Shown piece by piece: positions 14,301 through 26,400 of a DNA stretch of 64,000 nucleotides (position 1 is the stretch's first letter; every line of letters starts with the position of its first letter). Both the position numbers and the translations under genes were made by a program. A model generated the notes under the pieces. That model searched no databases and was not told where the DNA came from. It saw only the letters and a list, made by a program, of their open reading frames with translations. Location of the stretch: positions 100,998,001-101,062,000 of the forward strand of contig NW_026262723.1 of NCBI RefSeq assembly GCF_021869535.1, read 5' to 3'. The stretch comes from Mytilus californianus (Eukaryota).

Positions 14301-17300
14301 AATTGTCTCCTTCAAATATAATTATTTGTTGTTTTATGTGTCTATAAATTATATTTGTCAGCATTTCATTTTAATATATAATAACCATGAGCCTGTGTGA
14401 CTTACCAGAGTTTGACGGTTCTGAACTTTTTGAAGGTTTCTGGATGAAATTTTCTATTTTAGCCGAACGTTTTAATTTGTCACCTAGTGATATGGCTTTC
14501 TATTTGGTTACTTCACTGAGAGGTAAAGCTTTAGAATGTGTATCGTATTTACCACGTGGAGATCTTTATAATGTATCTGTTTTGTATTCTGCATTGAAAT
14601 GTAGATTTGGTGATATTGAGACGGCTCAGATCTGTAGAATGAAATTGAGAAATATAGCTATGTTTGAACGTGAAAGTGTTCAAGAGTACGTATGTAGAAT
14701 TGAGATAAATGTTCAAAAATCGTTCCCTGGTGTGAACGATGATTTATTAGTGAAGCTGATTACTGAGTATGCTATGTATGGATACCCTGATGGTGATATT
14801 GGATATAGAGTTCTGACTAAAGAACCGTCAACAGTTAGTGAACTTATCAAAGAAATATTGTGGCAGGAACACTGCAGACAAAATTTAAAGTTAGTAGTAA
14901 AATCGCGTTGCACCGGCGACAGTGACTTTGAGAAAAATTCTGAAATAGGCACTAAGCGTAAAATTAATTTCAAAGAGTATGATATTGGGACGAAGAAAGT
15001 TTCCAAAAATACTGACTTTGATATAAATGACAATAGTTTATATAACCAGAAATTGGAAGAAGACAAATGTACTGTTGGTAAATTATATGTATGTAATAAT
15101 TCTGTGTATCCGAGTGAACAGTCTGTTTATTGCATTGTTGAGTCATATGAATTGAAATATGAAGAACTTTGTGACGTTTTTGAGGCAACTGAAGTTGAAG
15201 TTGCAAAAGTTTCGGACGAAGAGATAGCTACCTTGGAACTTCCGCGCGTTGAACAGCCAGCAGTGATTACTGGTGGAACAGACGTTGTTAGCGTTAGAAA
15301 GTTTGAATTGAAATGTCAGGTATTTAGTGACATTGTTGAAGCAACTGAAGTAGAAGTTGCACAAGTTTTGGAGCTAGAGAAAACTAATTTGGAACGTTCG
15401 AACGTTGAACAGCAGACAGTAATCACTGGTGCAGTAGAGGCAGTTAACGTCCGAAATTGGTCACCCTTTGAACAAAGTGACATTCTGTTTGATACGTCTA
15501 ACAGTATTGATGCGATCAAAAATAAAGTACCTAGAGTTTCAACATATACTGGATTATCGACACCAGTATATAGAAAGGACTTCCCATATAAAGAACGTGT
15601 ATGTGAAAATGAGTTCACGCAATTCAGAGATAGCAATGTCTATGAAAACAGTTATAAACATGATGTATGCTCCGGTGGATCGTCTATGTTACCTGAGATG
15701 AACTGGAAAACACGAAAACGCAATTTGTCTTGATTTATCTTTTATTTCGAGGACGAAATATTCTTGAAAAGAGGGAGTAGTGTTGTGACTGTGACTTTGT
15801 CTACATGTCCGTGATTACGCAGTAAGGTGTTAACGTTGTTTTCCCGTATTTTGACGTTGTATGATAGTGACGTGAGAGGGGATAGATGTGTTGACGAATG
15901 AACAAGATAGCTGAAATGGTTTGAAATGTCGGAGTGTATGCCGTGTGTTTTGTATTTTATGTAACGTCTGTATAATACATGCAGTGTGAATAAATCGTGA
16001 CTGTTATTTTCTACAAAGATGGTGTTTAGTTATAAATTATGAACGCTCGGAATTCTACGTTTACAACACCCTGTAACAAATATTACAGTATTTATTCAGA
16101 ATAGACTAAAGGGTATAAAAAACATGAACGAATAGTATGGCATTGTTTATAACAAAGTTTCCAGGGGAACTTCTAGCCTTTATAGTCATTATACGGTGAA
16201 CCTACAGACTAATTAAAATTGGGGTTTATTAAAAAAATCATGAGTGCACATGCTAAAATGTCTTGCTTACTTTATTGTTCATGATTTATTTTTTACTCGA
16301 TAGTCCTAAAAATAAAGTTTTACTACAAGTATCACATAAACTTAACATTATCAATGATCCATGAAAATGAGTCAAGGTCAGATAAACCAAGCCAGACAGA
16401 CATGTACAATCATTACATACACCAAATATAGTTGACCTATTGTTAATAGTATTCAAGAAACTGACCAAACAATGAAAACTAAATATTGACCAATGAACCA
16501 TTAAAGTGAGGTCAAGGTCAGATGAAACCTGCCAGACAGACATGTACACCTTACAATCATTCCATACGTCATGTATATACATGTAGTTGACCTTATTGGT
16601 TATAGTACCTGAGAAACAGACAAACAGGAAAACTTATCATTGACCAATGAACCATGAAAAGGAGGTCAAGGACAGATGATACTTGCCAGACAGACATGTA
16701 CACCTTACAATCATTCCATACACCAAATATAGTTTACCTATTACTTATAGTATTAGAAAAACAGACCAAAACACAAAAACTTAACATTGACCACTGAACC
16801 ATGAAAATGAAGTCAACTGTTACTGTCAAGGTCAGATGAAACCTGCTAGACTGACACATACACTATACAATCATTCCATACACAAAATATAGTTGGCCTA
16901 CTGCTTACAGTATCTGAGAAAAGGGCATAATCATGTAACTATAACATTGATCACTGATCCATGAAATGAGTTTGAGGTCAAGTGAATCCTGTCTGACAGA
17001 TATGTAGACCTTGCAAGGAACCCATATATCAAATATAGTTATTCTATTACTCATAATACATGTAAGTGAGAATTTCACAAAACAAAACAAAAAAACTTTT
17101 TTTAAGCAGTTGCTGAACCATGAATATGAGGTCAAAGACATATGACAGATGGAAACTTTGTAACATAAGGCATCTATCTACAAAGTGTGAAGCCTCCATG
17201 TCTATAAACCTCTTAAATATAAAGCTTAATACAAATAATTAATGCTGCTCCTGCCAAATTGAAATCCATATGTCTTGCATTCTGAGACTTTTGTCACAGG

Positions 17301-20151
17301 CGAGGCAAAAATCATACAGTGCAACACTTTGAATATTAAATTAATATTTAATTGAGTTTTACTTTTACAATCACTATTTTCACCAAAAAAGACAAAAAAT
17401 AGCTTTTAAGTTTGACATTTTAAATCCAGTAAAATGCATTGAATGTTTTTGTTATTATTGTCTGTTCAGTAACTTAAAAAACATATAAACATTTGGATTT
17501 GTTTAATTTATGTAGTAGCTTTATGGTCAACTTCCAAGCAAGGACAGAAGCTCATTTACTCTGCAATCAATGTGTTAAAAGCAGGACTTTGGGAAATTTC
17601 AGAGAGCCTAATACTTGCTTCTGAAGTTGGATTTATGATATAAAAAAGATGAAGTCCTCAGAGATAAACTAATAAAACTTCAACAACATATGCACACCCA
17701 ATGAAACAATCAGTCAAAAAATAAATTTTCTTAAATTCTCTTTCAGACTTGAGCTCAAGATGAACATGATGAAGTGCCATTTGTTCTCATTTAGCAGCAA
17801 GGAGAAAACTGATGAATTTTTTACTTTACAATTAAAAAGATTTAAGCTCTATTCCATACAAAGCCATCATGTTTGTCAAAAAAAAAATAACTAGACCACA
17901 GAAATGCATACTATACATGTCTAGCACAATATCAATCATACAATACAAAATTACCATCAATTTTACTACATATACATGTAGAATGTAAAATGCCCTGCTG
18001 GTCGAAATGTTGGCGCCAGAAATGTCGCCAGATGAAATAAAAAAATCACAATTTGCGACATTGGTGAAGCCCAGCACAATTCCAAGACATGATTTCTTAT
18101 AACTTTATTTGAATATTTTTAAGAATGCAACATAAATGGACCCCATTGGAAATAAGCTGTATGGCCTTCATGGGCAATCCAGATTAAAAATCAACAATTG
18201 TTTTAAGACTTTAGTCGAAAAAACGAGACATAGCGATCCTACATTCCGTCGTCGGCGGCGGCGGCGTCCACAAATATTCACTCTGTGGTTAAAGTTTTTG
18301 AAATTTTAACAACTTTCTTAAACTATCCTGGATTTCTACCAAACTTGGACAGAAGCTTGTTTATGATCATAAGATAGTATCCAGAAGTAAATTTTGTAAA
18401 AATAAAATTCCATTTTTTCCGTATTTTACTTATAAATGGACTTAGATTTTCTGCCAGGAAACAACACATTCACTCTGTGTTTAAAGTTTTTAAAATTTTA
18501 ATAACTTTCTTATACTATTTTGGATTTGTACCAAATTGAAAAGCTTGTTTATGATCAAAAGCTAGTATCTAGAAAGAAATTTTGTAAAAAAGTAAATCCA
18601 TTTTTTCTGTATTTTACTTTTAAATGGATTAGATTTTCTGCCAGGAAACAACATATTCACTCTGTGGTTAAAGTTTTTAAAATTTTAATAACTTTCTTAT
18701 ACTATTTTGGATTTGTACCAAATTGAAAAGCTTGTTTATGATCAAAAGCTAGTATCTAGAAAGAAATTTTGTAAAAAAGTAAATCCATTTTTTCTGTATT
18801 TTACTTTTAAATGGATTAGATTTTCTGCCAGGAAACAACATATTCACTCTGTGGTTAAAGTTTTTAAAATTTTAATAACTTTCTTATACTATTTTGGATT
18901 TGTACCAAACTTGGACAGAAGCTTGTTTATGATCAAATGCTAGTATCTAGAAGGAAATTTTGTTTTCTTCCAGTTAACATTACATTCAGTCTGCAGTTAA
19001 AGTTTTTAAACATATATTAGATTTATAAACTATCCTGGATTTTTTACCAAACTTGGACAGAAGTTTCTTACAATCAAAAGATAGTATCAAGAGGAATATT
19101 TTTATTGATTTACTCATTTTTGTTGAGCCTGTGATTAACAGAAAAAGTAGGCGAGACACTGGGTTCCGCGGAACCCTTACGAATTTTATTATGTTTACGC
19201 GTCTGCAATTGTTTTATATGGGCCCAAAATCCAAGTACATTATTAGATTCAGCAAATCGAAATCAATCAAACTTTAATTTTTCACCTTAATTTTGACCCA
19301 CTTGAAAACATGACCCAAAATCAAAATTCTAAATACATGGTTATATCAAGCATATATCAAGAGAACCCCAATATTTCAAGATTATTCAAACCCCATTGAA
19401 ATTGGTCAGACATAAGCAATTCAAACAAAGCTTTTTGAAAATTGCTTGTTTTTTACCCCTTTTTGGCCCCTTATTCCTATGTTGATATGGCCATAACCCC
19501 CAAATTCAATCTAACCTTCCTATTGTGATATTGAAACTTGTAGTGCAATTTCAATTTCATACAAATCCATACACTTATACTCAATTTATTGTCCAGAAAC
19601 CAGAAAAATGTTTGCTTTTGGCCCCTTTATAGGCCCAAAATTCTAAAACGGTAAGGGCTACAACCATCAAATCAATCCCAACCTTCCTTTTGTGGTATGG
19701 AACCTTGTGGTACAATTTCATATAGATTCATACACTTACATACCAATGTATAATGAAGTTATTGTCTGGAAACCAAATGTCTTTGGGTGGTGACGACGAC
19801 ATCGCCAAACAATATAAAGCCGCAAATGTTTGTCAAAGGTTCAAGTTGTTGACAAAAATTTGTTTAAGTCAATAAATTTATATAATTTAAAAAAGAACTA
19901 AAAAATAGTTGATATAAAGCCTAGAACTACTCATGCTACTGTTAGGCACAGGGGCTTGTTTCATAGGTCAGATGAGGCTAATGGTTGTCGCTATCCTATA
20001 TAAAATATAAATTTACTAAACAAGCCCCTGTGTGTTAGGCGGAACAAAATTATATACACTTGTACGTTGAAATTTGGAGGGCGGATTAACCAGATTCGTC
20101 TGTATACCTCTTTCCTTTGGCTCCATAAAAATTGTTTGTGGTGACTGACAT
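2340..20151 (-). CDS. PRIMPOL: DNA-directed primase/polymerase PrimPol, 14 coding exons, ~530 aa
   Basis: Exons (minus strand, all GT-AG, phases consistent): 20151-20108, 12885-12802, 12104-12026, 11252-11152, 10349-10303, 9618-9527, 7999-7926, 7592-7519, 6689-6396, 5878-5716, 4676-4573, 3893-3698, 2977-2895, 2497-2340; total 1593 nt. The translation has the AEP motifs CKLYFDLEF (DxE), KFSRHLIF (SxH), LFCDQGVYTKNRNFRL and the C-terminal zinc finger YCHNIEREHKSNN...YYQKCHDPEC, matching recalled human PRIMPOL. Confidence 0.95.
5406..5688. mobile_element. MITE with TTAA target (Kolobok-like)
   Basis: TTAA-GGTGGTAC ... GTACCACC-TTAA terminal inverted repeats. Confidence 0.75.
8405..8830. repeat. 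55-bp minisatellite, ~7.7 copies, in a PRIMPOL intron
   Basis: Unit TAACTGTCCTTGAGTAACTATGGACCTTACCAACTTGACTTATTAACCTGTCATG, period 55. Confidence 0.95.
9680..10240. repeat. Family A repeat fragment
   Basis: Same CCATACACCAAATATAGTT / ATGAGGTCA.GGTCAGAT units as 1-567. Confidence 0.65.
13639..16068 (+). mobile_element. Complete non-autonomous gag-only LTR retroelement (Ty3/Gypsy, Mag-like) in PRIMPOL intron 1
   Basis: 5' LTR 13639-13924 and 3' LTR 15781-16068 (TGT...ACA, ~97% identical: 7 substitutions and 2 indels by manual alignment). 5-bp TSD CCCTG at 13634-13638 and 16069-16073. PBS TGGTGGCAGCG at 13926-13936. PPT GAAAAGAGGGAGTAG at 15766-15780. One long ORF; no RT, RNase H, integrase or protease motifs seen. 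Confidence 0.93.
14387..15733 (+). CDS. gag: Retrotransposon Gag (capsid-like) protein, 448 aa, with a long acidic tail
   Basis: Uninterrupted ORF between PBS and PPT. The N-terminal ~165 aa show the gypsy capsid pattern (LPEFDG..F..F...A..F....MAFYLVTSLRGKA.....L...LKCRFG; ESVQEY...IE; EPSTVSELI). No CCHC knuckle. A 52-aa unit is tandemly duplicated (~15146-15457). Confidence 0.85.
   Translation: MSLCDLPEFDGSELFEGFWMKFSILAERFNLSPSDMAFYLVTSLRGKALECVSYLPRGDLYNVSVLYSALKCRFGDIETAQICRMKLRNIAMFERESVQEYVCRIEINVQKSFPGVNDDLLVKLITEYAMYGYPDGDIGYRVLTKEPSTVSELIKEILWQEHCRQNLKLVVKSRCTGDSDFEKNSEIGTKRKINFKEYDIGTKKVSKNTDFDINDNSLYNQKLEEDKCTVGKLYVCNNSVYPSEQSVYCIVESYELKYEELCDVFEATEVEVAKVSDEEIATLELPRVEQPAVITGGTDVVSVRKFELKCQVFSDIVEATEVEVAQVLELEKTNLERSNVEQQTVITGAVEAVNVRNWSPFEQSDILFDTSNSIDAIKNKVPRVSTYTGLSTPVYRKDFPYKERVCENEFTQFRDSNVYENSYKHDVCSGGSSMLPEMNWKTRKRNLS
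16235..17255. mobile_element. Family A HINE-like element
   Basis: About five internal units plus the same terminal region and hairpin as 1-567. Confidence 0.65.
18206..19190 (+). mobile_element. Helentron/HINE-like element (family B) with 187-bp internal tandem repeats
   Basis: GTC/GGC microsatellite near the left end, near-identical 187-bp repeats (identical ORFs at 18520 and 18707), and a terminal palindrome GGGTTCCGCGGAACCC. Confidence 0.7.
19440..19830. repeat. Fragment of family C HINE-like element
   Basis: Shares the AATCCCAACCTTCCTTTTGTGG...GGAACCTTGTGGTACAATTTCA units and the GACGACGAC end with 47900-48820. Confidence 0.55.
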
Positions 20152-20239
20152 TATACTTCCGAGAAGCTGAGAGAAAACTAAAATTATGTTAACTTATAAG
20201 CTTCTGTAACTGACAATGTGTTGTGTTTACATTTTGCAA

Positions 20240-20253
20240 TTTCCCCGCCAAAA
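20240..20253 (-). promoter_or_regulatory. E2F-like site upstream of the PRIMPOL start codon
   Basis: Reads TTTTGGCGGGGAAA on the minus strand, ~90 bp upstream of the ATG. It is close to the E2F consensus TTTSSCGC and plausible for a replication gene; motif match only. Confidence 0.35.
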
Positions 20254-21714
20254 TGATTAATAATATCAAAATCAGACGGATTGTGGTATGATATTCCGGA
20301 AAAGTCGAAAAAAAGGTTAAGTGAGTGACTGTAGTAATTCTTTTCCTTTTAACGTAGTTTCGGGAAACAGACTAATGTGATATAATGCATCATCAGAGAG
20401 AATGTGCGACCTCGAAAAGGGGGATATAGTAAACTGTTCGTTGATATCTACGCCATTGCGGTATTTTACAAACAAGTAATATCTTTAAAAAGGATATCCA
20501 CCGCTTTCAGATGGAAGCATATATTTCTTTTTTTTTCTTTTTGATTATACTTAACTAAATGTCCTAAATTTGGGTCAAATGTCTGGCAATTCTGAAATGC
20601 CGAGCACACGCACTTGTGTCTATAACCAGAGACATATAACAAACTATACATATATACAATAAATTAACTTGTAAAGGTATATAGAGTATTTTCTAACAGA
20701 CAGGTGCATGTGAAATTAAGATAAAATAAAATATATACAATCAGAGTCTTGTATATATGTATATATATACAAAATAACACATTAATTACAACTTGAATGA
20801 AAAACGCTTTTTGAATTTTGAACAGCGAAGAAATGTCAACGATGATTATGCAAGCATTAACTATAACACCTATAAGAACTCTTCCAATAGTTTCGGTAAT
20901 ATTGGCAGTTTTGTAGATTTTGTTTTGCTGTTTTTATCTTTTACATTTTACACCAAGTATCAGTCTTACAATAGTTCAAGTGAACTCTCTCTATAGCCGG
21001 GGCTTTGTGTGCACCGCATATTTCACTTGCATAACTCAATAAAGAATTGATGTAAGTATCAAAAAGTAATAACAAAGTGACATAGTTTAAATGCATACTT
21101 TAGATATTTCTTCTTAAAGCAAATATTGCTTTTCTACCTTGTTCCGACAGTTTCTGTTGTAACATATCATATTTGCCATTACAATTTAAAAGCACACAAA
21201 GGTAGGTAAAATTATCAACAACTTCAATTTCTTTATTACCATAGTACCATTTCTCATCACACGAACTCTACCATGATCTAATATCTTTGGTTGAAATGGA
21301 AAAGAGGTAGATTTTGACATTCTGAAAATATTTGCTATGTTATATTTTCTCTAACCATTAAGGTTTTCAAGACATATTTAAAGAAAATAAATACATTTTA
21401 CCCATATGTTCTATTTTTGGCCATGGCGGCCTTGTTGGCAAAAACACACACTTTATACTAGATACCTTAAGATAAAGTTTGGTTGGACTTGGTTCAGTGC
21501 CTCGGTGGTTTCAGATCAAAAGATTTTTGTAAAATTTTAATGTGACGACGGACACCAAGTGAGCTAAAAACGATATATTCAAGTAATGTAATGGTAAGTA
21601 TCATCCGGAAACGTTCACCATCCCAATTTTCAATACGACAAAATGCAGATATTGAACAGTAAATGAGAGATCGCAGAAATTAACTCAACCTGTACCAATG
21701 ATTTGGTAATGAAA

Positions 21715-22940
21715 AATCCAACAAAATCGGACAAAAATTGTAGTGTTTTGTCATGACTTTATGTAAATAGCCCCGTTACATTAGATAAAGCTAATACTAA
21801 CAACGAACACTGTCCTTTCCCGGATCTTGATATCCATATATTTCTAACGGGAAGCTTAATACTAAAATTTACAACAAAAAGATGATTTTTCATTCCTATT
21901 GTTAATTATCCGTTTTTAGATGGCGAAGTTCTCTTGGCACCATCATATGGTGTTTATATAACTCAACTTGTTCGATTCGCTCGTGTATGTAACAACGTAT
22001 TTGATTTTAACGAAAGAAACCTCTGTATTACTGAAACATTATCACACCAGGGTTTCATTATCACAAACTTGTCAAAAATTTTACTAAATCGGTACAAGAA
22101 CATTATTCGTAAATATTAATCAACGTGTAGACATCATATACGTTCAGGTATTTCACATCCCATCTTTTTTGGTAATGTTCTATACAAAGCACAAAAATGA
22201 CGTCATTCACCTCAAAAGCTTACCAAACCTTTAACAGACTTATTCACAAGGGATAAAGTTACAATACTGGCATTTTTTAAATTAATATTGATTCACTCAT
22301 AGGATCTTTGATTCGGAAATAAACACATTTATTCTAAAACCAGTTGTTGACATGTAGATGCATGTTATGTTTTTCTCGTATAATTTATGATGGCAAGATA
22401 CTAAACCCCTAACGAAAGAAATTGTGGTTGATTTTCATGTCTTTCAATCAGTTTAATTGAGGTCTGGATCTGGAATGTCAGTAACTGCTAGTAGTTCTTT
22501 GTTTATGTGTGTTGATCATTGTCATTTTGCTTAGTTTCTTCTGTTACCTATTCTAACATCGGACTCGGACTTCTTTTAAACTGAATTTAATTGTGCGTAT
22601 TGCTGTGGGTTTGTTTATTCCACATTGGCTAGAGGTATAGGGGAGGATGGGAGCTAGAAAAACATGTTTAACCCGCCGCATTTTTTGCGCCTGTCCCAAG
22701 TCAGGAACTTCTACCCTTTGTTGGTCTGGTGGTTTTTTTTTAAATTTTGGTTCATTTGTATGTTTTTGAGTTTAGTAAGGCGTCCATTTCGCTGAACTAG
22801 TATACATTATTGTTTAAGGGCCAGCTGAAGCACGCCTCCGGATGCGGTATTTTCTCGCTGCGTTGAAGACCAATTGATGGCCTTTGGCTGTGTTCTGCTA
22901 TTCGGGTGGGTTGTTAGGGACACATTCCGGCCCGTTTCCA
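21715..22940 (+). mobile_element. Degenerate Penelope-like RT element fragment with common 3' tail
   Basis: Remnant coding motifs (LDKANTNNEHCPFPDLDI; APSYGVYITQLVRFARVCNN); paralogous to 60660-62600. Confidence 0.6.
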
Positions 22941-23477
22941 TATTCTATATATATTCTATGAAATAACCATTATCATTTTTCAGACGCAGTTCTACACGTT
23001 GTAGTATTTAGCGTGCAAACAATTTATAAAATGAAAGAGATCCTTCATTTATGTATCATCCATGCAGCCCTTTATTATCGCATGCAACAAAAAATCTGAC
23101 ACAACCCAACATCAAAATCCCTGTCCGCCGACTTTTCAGAAACTACTATTTATTACCGCATAAATGGTTCTCGTATCGAGTATACATGTAATATTTGTTA
23201 CTGAACAAACATTTAGTATCAGCTGATCCAGACAAGTGATGACATTGAAGCAGATCATGATCAGATTGGCTATAAAATCAAACAAATTATCTAACGGTGT
23301 TCTGTATATATACATATTAACGTTTATTTTCATTTGTTACACATTTTAAACATATACTAATCTCTTAATTCACTGCCATCATACTATAGTACACAATAAT
23401 CTTCAGTTTAATATTTTTCTAAATTGTAGTATCATATTGTTTAATACACCTTCAAGAGACGTATAATTTTACAATGT

Positions 23478-26400
23478 TCAGTCCTTGAGTATTTTGTCTA
23501 TTGTATCAGTTTCATGTTTGTATTCTTTAATAGTGAGGCTGTCAAAGAAAGATGCTGGTGTCTTTTTTACTGTATTCTGTGCTCGTTTGATTCTTCCAGC
23601 TTGGTTTTTACCTTTCGGTAAAGGTTGCCGCTGTGTAATTTTGTTGTATAAACCAGCAAAAGCAGGTCCTTTCTCTCGATTGCGAGCATATAAATTTCCT
23701 TTCATTCTAGACAGAAGAGATCCACCAAAATAAAGTGTTCTTAATTCATCTATACGTTTCATTTGTTCTGGATCATTGTCCACGTTAAGTTCTGAGAATG
23801 GCAGGCAACGATAAACAGCAATCTATTAAAGCAGAAAAAAGAGACCTGATAAATAAGTTTAACTTCAATATTGAAAATAGTGCATGGTTGAGGGGTGTCG
23901 GTACAATTTCACACTGCATTGTTATTTTTTTATTTTAATATGATTAGTATTTATGTATACTAGTTGTAGAGTGTGCTGAGATCTTTGCAAATCGCAAAAT
24001 AAAATAGAGATTACCGAAGGAAAGTTCGGAGAAGACAACATTGCTTCAGAAGTTGACATTTCAATTTGCAAAATCTAGACAGCCTGTATATCTCAGAGAA
24101 TACGCAACTGGACATATTATCTTTATTTTTTTTATGCATAATACATTTCTCTGTTAACAAAACCTTTAGAACAAATTTATTTTGAAATTTGGCAGCGAAC
24201 ATATAACTATTCATATTTAGTTTTTCAATTGAGATATTATAAAGGTATATGTTCCGTACGTTTTATCTATCATTGACATAATACATGTACCGGTATATTG
24301 TTATATAGTAGATTTCGTTATATGTATACTAGCAAGCGAGTTAATATAGCCTTTAGGTCTGAATTTCAATCAGAATGCTTAAAATCTATTATTACCCATT
24401 AGTGTACACATTTATTATATTCTTATTAATCTTGCTGAAATAATTAGACAAAATGTATTCAGCTATTGTTTATAGAATTAATAGCGATCGGTTCAGACTC
24501 GGGATTAAGGCCGTTACAACTGGATCTACATACTGCTAAAACCTCTATGTATGCCTTACTTTTTCATTTACAAGTATTTGTATACTACTCGTAACTAGTA
24601 TCATGTGACTAGTATTTTAATCATTTTGACGACGCATGCACATCAATGTCAAAAGTTACTCACCGATGAATTAATTTCAACAAACTTGTCCATTTTAGGC
24701 GGCATCTTGTGTCTCATTGTCTTTTTGTATGATTTTCCCAGTATGTCGCTGCAAACACCACCGGTTTTGGGGGGTTTTGGACGGCTAGCTGGGATTGGCC
24801 TTGCAGTTTCCGGACCATCACCGTCATCACATGGTGATTTGGTTTCAGGTGACTGATCATCTTGTACTTTTTGTTCAAACTCCGCTTCTTCGGCTTTATC
24901 ACGGATAATTTTCTTTGCCCCATCCAGTGCTTTCTGCCATAATCCTGAACGTCCTCCGTTTAATACCTTTAAAGTACTGGCCGAACCTGATCGACGCAAA
25001 TCAGATGGAATACGGATTTTTGTTGTAGGCATCAGATTTAATATATTTGGAATCGATTCCCAGGTTTCACCAAACGTACCTATATAAAGTCCATTCATGG
25101 TCCAAAGTCGAATGGCACAATCGCTACTTGCAGTTATTAGAAGCTTATCGCCTTCAACATATTCTATTTTGTTGATTATTTTTGTGTGTGCCCGATATGA
25201 GTTCACTAGAAAGGGCCATTTAAGTGTTATCTTTGGCAACGAAGATGCTGGTGGTGGTCTGTTGTTGATGTTGGATGGCATTTTGTTTGAAGAGATAAGG
25301 ATTTCCGGTGGCTGCTCATAACAATATGAAAATTTTACAAATTTGAACGTCTCATTAAGATATTTCCATCGCTTTGCCCTTTGTGCCTTGGTAAGCACTT
25401 TCTTTGTGCAATATTCTGACAAATCCCACGTTTTAACGTATCCACAGCTATCTGCTGTGAATAAAAAATTATTTTTTTCATCAGTACACATTGTATGTAC
25501 ACCTTCTCCTACTTTATGTGCAGCATTAAATTGACCTAAAAGGCCTCCTGGGTGGTAAATTGACCACGCACGAATCCATCCTTCTGCTCCGCTCGTAATT
25601 AAGATGGCTGTTTCCCCGCTTTCTCTATCACGAGATTCTAAAAATAAGATGCATTCAATAGACGACTCATACATTTTACAAAGTTCGTCATAATCTTCTC
25701 GTCTACTCAAGGCCCTACTCGGAGGTTTCTGGTTAGTTCCATCTACGGGTGAATCTTCTTGGTTCCTATACAATGGGAGTAACGGATGTTCTACTGGTGT
25801 ATCATCTAAGCGACCGATTTTCTGAGACCACTTGTTGTCTTTCATTAAGACGTTTCCTTTAACTCTGTTTAGCATGTCTTTGTTTTTATGTAAAAAACTC
25901 GCTTTTCTTACTCTCTTTTTCATCATTTCTTCTGAAGCAAGATTCTCAAATATATTAGACGAAAAACTTACTTCACTTGATTTAGCTTCTGATTTTCCGC
26001 TTTGGGTTGTGTCTGGTCTGCCATCTCTATTCTTGGTTTTGGTATCTCCAATTGGCTTTATCCCCTTTCCTGCATTTAGGATACAGTAAACGTGTCCAGT
26101 GTCACGTGACCACACAACCACATCGCCATCGTAAGCACCAGTTGCGATGATATTGGGACTTAAATAAGACATGCACAAGATATCTTCGTTGTGTTTCTGC
26201 CTCCAATCTTTTCGATGCTCCTCTCCTCTGCCATCAATGTAAATATGCATCTTCCTCGACCAACCAGTGGCAAATATTCGATGATTGATACTAACTATGC
26301 CGGTTATTTCTAATCCATCCGGAGTGTTAAATGTCTGCAGGCAACTTCCATTATTAAAATTCCATACTTTGATACTACCGTCCATAGCCCCAGTGATAAC

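Larger units (their letters stand above)
13591..16175. mobile_element. Small MITE (TIR AGAAGTTCC/GGAACTTCT) interrupted by the LTR element
   Basis: TAGAAGTTCC at 13591 and GGAACTTCTA at 16166-16175. The flanks rejoin into a sequence homologous to the uninterrupted copy at ~57042-57217. Confidence 0.7.

Noticed and set aside
17765-17815. ATGATGA...CTGA C/D-box-like pair on the plus strand
   Set aside because: It is antisense to the host intron, only ~50 nt long, and has no terminal stem or recognisable rRNA guide.
24649-24663. ORF-track C-terminus (VSNF*) of the 1155-aa protein
   Set aside because: It reads through a consensus GTGAGT donor, and an in-phase downstream exon exists at 23822-23478.
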